DNA of 56,040 nt, counting the filler, from Dimargaris cristalligena (lineage: Eukaryota), in the NCBI GenBank assembly GCA_003614675.1. It is 2 parts of 2 records of this genome, joined end to end, with 100 filler letters (N's around TTAATTAATTAA, not from the genome) between each part and the next. Parts side by side here need not be neighbours in the genome. Positions count along the whole stretch, not along the records: positions 28,124 to 56,040 come from ML002507.1; 1 more part is not named here. One strand, given 5' to 3'. How positions within the stretch are numbered: the first letter of the stretch is position 1; every line of letters begins with the position of its first letter. Of the stretch, positions 48,901-56,040 are shown piece by piece. The translations under genes were made by a program, and so were the position numbers. The notes below the pieces were generated by a model that saw only the letters and a program-made list of their open reading frames with translations, did no database searches and was not told the origin of the DNA.

Positions 48901-49835
48901 CCTGTACTTCGATGGTCGAATCGAACCCGGCGGCGGCCGAACAGGTCGTCAAGTTGATTGACAAACGTCGGCAATCGTCGGACGGGGCATTTAAGAAACT
49001 GGTGCGGAATCTGCCCAAGCAGGCCCCACCACCGATCCTGCCCCGGAATTTCCGTAAGCTCAAGGTGTTTGACATTGACGCTCTGGAGTTGGCCCGGCAG
49101 TTCACTATTCTGGATTCAAAGATGTACAACAAAATCAAGCCCACAGAGTGCCTGAGCAAGGCCTGGATGGGGCAAGATCCGACCCGGGCGGTCAATATCA
49201 AGGCCATGGTACAGCTCTCCACGAAGGTCAGTCTGTTCGTCGGTGGCACTATCCTGTCTGAACCGGAGCTGCGCAAGCGTGGTAACATTATCAAGTATTT
49301 CATTACCGTAGCCGAGAAGTGCCGGTCGCTCAATAATTTCAATGCCCTCATGTCCTTCCTCGGCGGTATCGAATTGGCTTCCGTGCAGCGACTCAAGCGG
49401 ACCTGGGATACCCTGGGTGGCCGAACCATGACCACCTATGAATCCCTCAAGGTCCTAATGGGTACCAACCGTAATTCGGTTGAATACCGCGAGGAATTGC
49501 ATTCCTGCAACCCGCCCTGTATCCCCTTCCTGGGGACGCATCTCAAGGACTTGGTGTTTGTCGAAGACGGTAACAGCGATTTCCTGCCCAATCATCCCCA
49601 CCTGATCAATTTCGACAAGCGCACTAAAGTGGCCTCCGTCATTCGTGATCTCCAGTCGTACCAGAGCACCCCGTATGCTCTGACGGTGGTACCGGAGATC
49701 CAGGAATTTATGGAAAAATCCTTGGAGGAAGTGATCGATTCTCCTGGTTTATACGATATTTCCCTAACCTTGGAGCCACGGGAACGTGAGGATGAGAAAA
49801 TTGCTCGTTTACTTCGGGAAAGCGGTTTCTTGTAA
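45993..49835 (+). CDS. CDC25: Cdc25/Ste6-type Ras guanine-nucleotide exchange factor (SH3, WW, REM, CDC25), intronless CDS, 1280 aa
   Basis: SH3 VRAIYDF...LSFKRGDIIEV...SGWWSG...RGWFPSNYV; WW LPPGW...DGRIYYY...TAW; REM VKGGTLRALVERLT, FLLTYRSFTT; catalytic LELARQFT, LNNFNAL, PPCIPFLG, LINFDKR. Confidence 0.95.
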   Translation: MHSLVRAIYDFEGNGPSGLSFKRGDIIEVHTQLDSGWWSGRCRGVRGWFPSNYVEPHQTDSTYPYVNPTQPPTGAISGPTAAIRAIQADGEGTDSITTSTLPQKPSPGPEASALSSQAPAEESVVLNGSRTQRAGPSSSTTMAVGPPPESNATASTTAPAITSPATTTPISATVSANPPSNSSPLQAPIKGSPITRPLAVEPKVPRDPLPPGWGLKTLPDGRIYYYHLVTDLTAWTLDGVDPETGIRSLTNGSGSPNASFGHSTTDSLPKDRRRGSGASSDSQSSIPSVTDISMWAFNLQKRGQQPRQRRPSVTMGPANFGDGQHGQGNTWEMLMANVVYAIQQLTNAGKSDAKYEYLSLTLNIVAAIHTMFRASDTVERDAPIFRSQKLLKAHHRQVTSSLCKLVVSAKSASIVWPAPDAVQIMQRDASELLLVIRHFVIAAEDSHVALHPVDELADDPAPGSMLGGRHPAMARTMTSEVGPSNMSVMTDISHGQLYDDVISNRNLKHVDILSQLETVLHALAKALTLLLRHLRRGEVSLVRVVTLAKKSVYEIGQFLLILEELDLELAGESLARQFKRNKQVLYSDLANIVMAIQAASQEDSVGHFVDRILAHGNALNNSVYEVLITAKHVVEAMDQQEESLLLNAIDKLRTNSPSNSYADLSAQPRRAQSMPYLREPADKMQERHMSALEYSAFNQNARLRANSNATTVHFETADSDIRPSESQNSSFTTSSRHLRQDSSANQPPADSDSEDSFTHQNRSVSTINQRKKLKKFFGDDTLLTGAGSSTSASHTLHRSGSSSSVEGIPGQPMGLPFSNPTESKVNKFFGERAPLVSPAARSVDEKPWYLQYEYDASELLFNMEVQVKGGTLRALVERLTIHDVVDTNFHTNFLLTYRSFTTTSEFLSLLIRRYHIQPPPGLKPEELKIWNERKLKMVRVRVYNIIKTWLEIHYVEDSDMDGLRTLRDFACTSMVESNPAAAEQVVKLIDKRRQSSDGAFKKLVRNLPKQAPPPILPRNFRKLKVFDIDALELARQFTILDSKMYNKIKPTECLSKAWMGQDPTRAVNIKAMVQLSTKVSLFVGGTILSEPELRKRGNIIKYFITVAEKCRSLNNFNALMSFLGGIELASVQRLKRTWDTLGGRTMTTYESLKVLMGTNRNSVEYREELHSCNPPCIPFLGTHLKDLVFVEDGNSDFLPNHPHLINFDKRTKVASVIRDLQSYQSTPYALTVVPEIQEFMEKSLEEVIDSPGLYDISLTLEPREREDEKIARLLRESGFL

Positions 49836-50713
49836 ACAATGTGTGTTTGTGGGAGAGAGTACGTGTGTGTGTATGTGTGTGTTATTGCTTTGCCCGACTT
49901 GTACAAAGATCCAATGTCTTTCGCTCGTGACTTGTGTATGCCGTTAGTGAGAGCGTACCTACGAATCCTCTGCTTTGGTGGAGGGGTTTTTCGTCATATT
50001 TTAAGTATATATTTTCTGCTTAGTGTCATTTCAGGTTAATTGATGACATAAATTCATTTTTTAAATAATATTCTACTTTTTCAGTGCCTTGTATTACTTA
50101 TAGGGTTTACCTAATGTGGCGTGTGGTTTCCTTACTTTCTCCTCCCCTGATTTCTAAACACGTATTGGCGGTTTTCGCTCTCCCTCCTTCTGGGGTTTAA
50201 TTTTGATTGCTCATTGCATGTGATTAAGTTATTATTATTAATTATATATTGATATTGCCTTAGCATTGGTAACTGAGACATTTTCTCACCACCTCTCACA
50301 ACTATTACAAGCCATACTCATTACTTTTCCTGTTGCCTGCTAATTTCAATATTATTATAACTATTATTATTTGCGGGCTATATTTTTTTTAAAAAATATT
50401 ATTACGATAGTGACAAATGACGGGATGAGGCTTGCGCTCTATGTGTTTTCTCCAGCCTCGCCCCTTTCAATGCGATTTGCACTTTCCCTTCCCTACCAGC
50501 TTTTCTCCACGATTGCTTTGATTTGGCCAACCTGCAGGGTTTACCAAATTTTGTTAAATTTCTCACTACATTTAATTTATTTTGATAAATATATATATTT
50601 AGTTTTATACGCCAGGAACGTCTATTGGGTTTCTTAAAGAGGATAACCCTCATGCGTATAGAATAGCGATGGTAGAAGAATGGTGCGGCACGAAAGGGGA
50701 GGGTGGTGTAAGC

Positions 50714-52117
50714 CTAAGAAGACATTGCATCTAGCGCAATATTGTCACCGTTGGTCAGGAGGTGTTGTTTGGCTTGAATATAGCACATCATACGATGCGA
50801 GCGTAGCTCCGGGAACTTGACGAAAGTGCGGTTGCAGTGGATACAGCGTAATGGTAGTTGGAGTAGCTTCATTTCATAGTTCTGTTCATAGGGGATCGGT
50901 TTATGGGGCGAAGAAGTCCCGAACTGACCGTTGTTGGTCAGGTTAGTAGCTCCGGTACCTGATGGGTGATGGTAGTGGGGGGGTTCTGTTTCGTGGGGAC
51001 CCCCGCCATGTCGATTACTACGATCCATGGATAGAGATGACAAACCCGATAATAACGACGACGGTAACCCCGCCGATGCCGATGGTGGTAATGACTGAAC
51101 CAGTTGCTCGTAAACCATCGCTGGCGGTCGTAAAAACGGGGTGGTAAACGTATTCCATTTCCCGGCGCTTTTCATGACCGGTCCCAACAGGTCATCACTA
51201 ATAACATGGAGGTGCAATTGGGGTAAACTAGGTACCGTATGAAACCCGACCAGGAATTGGAATACGTGATTCGGCAGGGCTTGAATGATGGCTGGTAAAG
51301 CATGGGGATGGGGGTTTTTGTTATTACCGGAGGCCGTCGAAACTAAACTGCAGTAGGGGGTGTTGAGGTAAAGGGGAGGGGAGGGAGGTGGCGATGATGA
51401 TGATGGTCCTGATAATGAATGATTAGAGGAGGAGTAATAGGTAGTACCACCAACTACACCGGTCTTGGGCCTCGTTGGTGATCGGAGTTGGTTGGTGCGG
51501 ATGGTTTCGATTAGCCATTCGGCCCGTTGGGCCATGGCGGCAATTAGCGGAGCGTCGGTAGATTCTAAATCGTAAATATTGTGGATGGGGATTCGGGGCA
51601 AAATCAGGAAGTGATAACGGGCCTATAACGGGTTATATATATATATATATATATAAAGAGAGAGAGGGAGGTGTGCATTGTGATTAAATTAGCCATTACG
51701 GGTGGAGTAGGAGTAAAATCTTAGGGTATTTTTGAGGGACAGCCAAATGGATTAATTATTTTCTCAAAACTATCGCTAGATGTCTTTTCAGCCCGTATGT
51801 CTACGAGAATGCCTTTTTCGGGGAAAATAACATAGAATTCCCCCCATAAAAAAGCAAAAGAAACGGTGGACAACCTCCATTATCGTGAAGATAAGTGCAT
51901 ACTCTAGGAAGGGCCGAGTAGTGTAAAAATTTACCTTGGGGTACTTGTCGGCAATGACCATTAGGGTATCGTCGCAGTAGAAGGTTTCGGCCGGAAACCG
52001 CTCGGGGTGACGGCAGTAGTATTCCAAGGGACTATGGCAGGGCCAATGCTGACGGCCTGAGGTCCAGGTGCGCTGGTGGGGCCCCCGGCTTGGACTCGGT
52101 GGCGTATCGACATCCAT
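50714..52117 (-). CDS. HNT3: Aprataxin/Hnt3-like HIT-family DNA 5'-AMP hydrolase with C-terminal zinc finger (2 exons, about 363 aa)
   Basis: Exons 51935-52117 and 50714-51622 give IADKYPK|ARYHFLILPR; GFHTVPSLPQLHLHVIS (HIT); KWNTFTTPF; LRCIHC..F.KFPELRSH. Confidence 0.9.
51634..51668. repeat. (AT)n/(AG)n microsatellite next to the aprataxin intron acceptor
   Basis: tatatatatatatatatata aagagagagagg. Confidence 0.85.
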
Positions 52118-53221
52118 GGCGAGAACTAAACCTTAACGAAGTGAATGGGGGGTGGAGGAGAGGGGCTGTATAAAGTAGATTGCGGGGGTTTTGCCTAAAT
52201 AGCAATGGAGTTGCCCATGAGGAAGAAGAGGTCAAAAAGTTAAGGTCAGTCTATAGTAAGAAAATAAAAGACTGCCTTAGCGGGGGGAAAGATGGAGCGG
52301 GATAATGAAAGTGCACAAGAAGGGGGGACAGGTTATAGTGAATTATGGCCGGATTATTAATGTAGAATACCATTGATTCGGCAGAGCATAGTAGGCTTGG
52401 CTGGGGGGTTTTCAGAATATACCCCACTCATCACTTATGTCTATTGTTGTTATGATTATTTGGATCCCAAGACCCGTTGTTATAGGGAAACTCCCCCAAT
52501 TACCCTTCTCTGTTTCCCTTGACTGATAGCGTAATGCAGCTGGTTGTAGTACAGTTATCGGGTAAGGATCATGGCTGACTCTACACTTCTCATTCGATGA
52601 GCGACAGAATATCCAGCAATTACGTACAGGTATAGGGTAGAATCATCTCGGAGGATACAAGACATGTGTGTATATAAAAGGGTGGAGGCCGGAAGTGCAG
52701 CCGGGTGGTTCAGCATAGCCTTGCCACACCAAGCCGGCCAAAGAAGGGCTCTGTTTCAATCGATTACAGCCCTATATAGATGACAGATGGACTTGCAAGA
52801 GATGTCGATAAAAATATACTAGCAGTGCCTGGGCGATCGGGAAGACTACTTTGCTAACCGCTCAATTCGAAAATGCCGCCCCAAAAACTATTACCATCAT
52901 GTCCCGGATTAATTTGGGTGGAATTCAGTGCAGATGTATAAAGTTTTGGATAATACGTGTATGGGAAAATATATGAGGGATCCATTATTAACCAGTGGTT
53001 TTTGCCTCATCCAACGGATTTATCGTTATACAGTCTGGTTGAACCTTTCCCATTTGAAAATTGGAACTCATCAGCTTGTACATCCCCGTGTGTACATATT
53101 ATATCTACATGAGTATTTACGGGGCATAATGGAACCGCAAAATCCATTTGGTGATCATCGTTATTAAACCAAAAGTACGCGAATATCGAGCAGTACGGAT
53201 TCCCCTTTCGGTCAAGAACTT

Positions 53222-54742
53222 TTAAAACCTAATGGGGCTCAAGAACAGGTGAAAGCCATCCCGAAGGTAAGGGTACAAAAACAAGGGAGCGGTCCACAAA
53301 AGCAGAGCATTATTGACCAAAATGAGCATTAGCCGAGCCACCGCCGTTTGGCCCAGAGTATGCGTCCAGTAAGCTAGCCGCCGGTAGGCTGGGGCGGGCA
53401 ACACCCCGGCTAATAAGGGGGGTATGACTTGCTGTAACCCAACTTGGCCACAAGTTAGTAGCCCGTGCAGAACAAAGAACAGCATTTCCTCGCCAGCGGA
53501 CCGTCCGCACACGGCAATCAAAATGTATTCGTGCAGTAGTCCGCTGAATAGGAAAACCGCCAAAGCCGCCGAAAATTGCACCACCGGTGCTTGGGGCCCG
53601 GCGATCCCTCGGGTGCCGCCTACCCGCCGCTGGACCGGCTTGAACACCACAATATGGAACGTATCCTTGAACAAGAGATTCCAGCGGCGACTCCAAAAGT
53701 CGCGCGGGGACGTGGCCAGGAACGGCTGGTCAAAGATCACCGGGGTGGGGAATTGGAGTAGCCAGGCGGCGGAACTGTAGGCCAGGTAAAACCAGGCGTT
53801 CATGCCCCAGTAGAATAAATAAGCCGCCGCGTAACCCTCCCAGCACCACGCCGCCGTGGGCCAGGCCGGGAATCGATTCCCTTGGTACCGTAAGCGGGAA
53901 CGCTCCATGGTGGCCAAATCCGGATGGGCAATGGGGAGAAGGACAAGGAGGGTCGCGGCGGAACCATAGACCATGCCTTGGCCAATGGAGTATAAACAGC
54001 CCGTGAGGCCCAGGCGTTGCCCCACCCAAGCGGCGGGATCATTGCGCCAGTCCGCCCGCGGTCGTAGCCGGACGTTCCACGGGATTGGGTCCGTATCGGC
54101 GGGGGTTTCGAGTTGTGTTAGCTGCGCCGGGGTGACCACCGTTCCCGTGGCGATGTCGTAGTACTCGTCGGTGCTGGTGTTGGTGCCGGTGACGGCGGTA
54201 GAGGGTGGTCGAGTGGGGTCGAAGTCATCGGTGAGGAAAGGGAACCGCCGGCTGGTAGTGGGGGACGGGTGGACCCGTCCTAGTCGAATCCAATATTCCC
54301 GCAAACTCCGCGGTCCCGGGCCATCCTGTCCATGGTCTTTGTCCTTGCCTTTGCCTTCGGCCTTCACTGGTACTTTTACTTTCGCTTTATCGACGCCGCA
54401 TGGTTTAACCGGTTCTAGAGACACCGGGTCCTTGCGTGTGGAGGGAAACCCAACCTGGTAGTAATCGTATACCAGACATGCCTCGGCCAACTTCATGCTC
54501 AAATAGAAGGCCAGGACGGTAGTAACCCCCTGAACCAGAATGGAGTCCTCGGAATTGCATAGTACGGGTAGGGCTAGAATCCCCAACTGGAGGGTCACTC
54601 CCAAGCGCTTTCGCCAGGGATTGGCAACGGGCAATGCGCGTAACAGGTAGTAATGGAGGCATAGTCCCACTTTCACCCCAAGGAGACTGGTCCAGTCGGG
54701 TACGGACACCCGCCACGCTGTGAGGTCGACTAGCGACGACAT
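53222..54742 (-). CDS. Membrane-bound O-acyltransferase (MBOAT_2 / wax-synthase-like), 506 aa
   Basis: Several hydrophobic segments; FDQPFLATSPRDFWSRRWNLLF and AVFLFSGLLHEY (catalytic His), FFVLHG. Confidence 0.9.
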   Translation of the reverse strand: MSSLVDLTAWRVSVPDWTSLLGVKVGLCLHYYLLRALPVANPWRKRLGVTLQLGILALPVLCNSEDSILVQGVTTVLAFYLSMKLAEACLVYDYYQVGFPSTRKDPVSLEPVKPCGVDKAKVKVPVKAEGKGKDKDHGQDGPGPRSLREYWIRLGRVHPSPTTSRRFPFLTDDFDPTRPPSTAVTGTNTSTDEYYDIATGTVVTPAQLTQLETPADTDPIPWNVRLRPRADWRNDPAAWVGQRLGLTGCLYSIGQGMVYGSAATLLVLLPIAHPDLATMERSRLRYQGNRFPAWPTAAWCWEGYAAAYLFYWGMNAWFYLAYSSAAWLLQFPTPVIFDQPFLATSPRDFWSRRWNLLFKDTFHIVVFKPVQRRVGGTRGIAGPQAPVVQFSAALAVFLFSGLLHEYILIAVCGRSAGEEMLFFVLHGLLTCGQVGLQQVIPPLLAGVLPAPAYRRLAYWTHTLGQTAVARLMLILVNNALLLWTAPLFLYPYLRDGFHLFLSPIRF

Positions 54743-56040
54743 GTGGACTTTGGTAAAGGGCCCCTCGTCGGTGGTACAAGAGTGGGCTATATATATATAT
54801 ATATAAATAACTCCGCAAATCGTCTGGGCGGAGTTGCGACAAATAATAAAAAATATGGGGGGCCAGTATACTAACTAAAATTAAGAAACGTATATAAAAT
54901 AGAGATCAAGTTAGGTAAAAATACACCCCAAACAAATCCAACAAAAATAACCATTGGGATTAAGCAGGTTAGAACAGTAAATGATATCAGATACCCGGAA
55001 CATAAGATAGATACGCCAGTTGGAGTCAACTTACAGGTTCAAGGGTGCCCTCGTCCGAGAACCCTAGGGTCATATGGTCTCATGGTATTCGGTTAAGCCA
55101 TGTTCCTGCAGTCTTGGCGGGGCAGAATGGCCTCCGGAGTTTTTTATTGTCAATAGCACATAGAGACCATCTGGGCGATTCTATGATGCAGCGAACATCA
55201 TACCGTGCATCAACAATAAGGGGCAGAATACACGCCCCTTCAAGTCGGATTGTATCCCCAGGAATCGCATGCCTCAGAGAAATAAACGAACTTGCCCTAA
55301 ACAAGGACTCCCCATCTCTCTAGTATTACGCTGCAAGACGACTATATAAAATAGTCTCGGTTGTCTTGGCTGTCAACGCTGCCAAGGGGGTATATACAAC
55401 ACAATCCCCGTCAGACGCACAGATGTGGGTATCTCGACATAACCACCGAGAACCATAGAGGCAAGCGTTGAATGGCATGACTGTATTTTCCCAGCAGTAC
55501 AGGGTTGCTATTTAGTCTGACATGCATTCTAGCTGTGCCAGGTTCCAGGGGATACCCACCACCCATGTCTTGGATGATCCATAGCCTCATTCTTTAGCCA
55601 TCTCCCAGGCTATATTATATATATATATATATTAATGAAAAGCCGAGTTTTAATGTCACAAATGAATTAATTATTAAAGAGCCAGTGGGTAAAACACTCG
55701 ACCATTAATCCAATACAGTGACAAGAGACAGTGTCATATTTTGAACTTAACCAAAGCGAAGCAAAGCAAGCCAGACATACTGCAGTGCCACGTTTGGAAA
55801 AATGAGGAATATACTTAGGCGACCAGGGCAGAGGCGGTGGCGGATTCGCTGTGAACATAAGGGGAGGTTAGGGGTACAGAGGCGCAACAAGAACGGCGGT
55901 CCCGATGAAGGATTCCGGAAAAACAAGGTGGTGGTTAGCAAAGTCGACTATTGCCCAGAATGTGGGGAGACACCCCCAAACTTCTCCACAGGAGAGCCTT
56001 GAAAATGCCTTGCACAAACCGAAACAATGTCCTAGGTTGG

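Noticed and set aside
46069..49906. Long antisense or alternate-frame ORFs over Cdc25 (likewise over URC1, PLC-like and MBOAT)
   Set aside because: Expected shadows of GC3-rich coding sequence.
16530..52117. A nucleotide damage-repair cluster (NAXD, aprataxin, UPRT)
   Set aside because: The genes are far apart, interspersed with unrelated genes and split by an artificial gap.
393..52117. U12-type (AT-AC / GTATCCTT) introns or in-frame Sec TGA codons
   Set aside because: All reconstructed introns have U2-type GT donors, and no reconstructed CDS needs readthrough or frameshift.
55667..56040. Possible partial gene at the window end
   Set aside because: Short open frames on both strands with no recognisable homology.

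Overview
Eukaryotic, intron-containing fungal DNA with GT-AG introns and CT(A/G)AC-type branch points. Its style suggests an early-diverging fungus (inference only). I reconstructed 15 protein-coding genes by hand with splice-phase checks. In order: AP-3 mu subunit, Sec61-gamma, a bacterial-Upp-like uracil phosphoribosyltransferase, RBM18-like RRM protein, URC1/Urg1-type GTP-cyclohydrolase-II-like protein, GFA/CENP-V protein, a 61-aa YABBY/HMG-box-like protein, ALG13, NAD(P)HX dehydratase and a GRDP/DUF1399-like protein. After a 100-nt artificial gap come a secreted PI-PLC-X-like protein, an NmrA-like protein, Cdc25-type Ras GEF, aprataxin/Hnt3 and an MBOAT_2 acyltransferase. Most notable: (1) a partial URC uracil-catabolism cluster (UPRT + URC1, no URC4, with a GFA gene next door); (2) two very long, strand-specifically ATG-depleted putative 5' leaders (about 2.5 kb for the PLC-like gene, about 1.5 kb spliced for Cdc25), each carrying a tiny 3-codon uORF; (3) a PLC-like surface protein that appears to lack its second catalytic His; (4) a CpG-depleted AT-rich block next to the gap. 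I found no tRNA, rRNA, CRISPR array or intact transposon.
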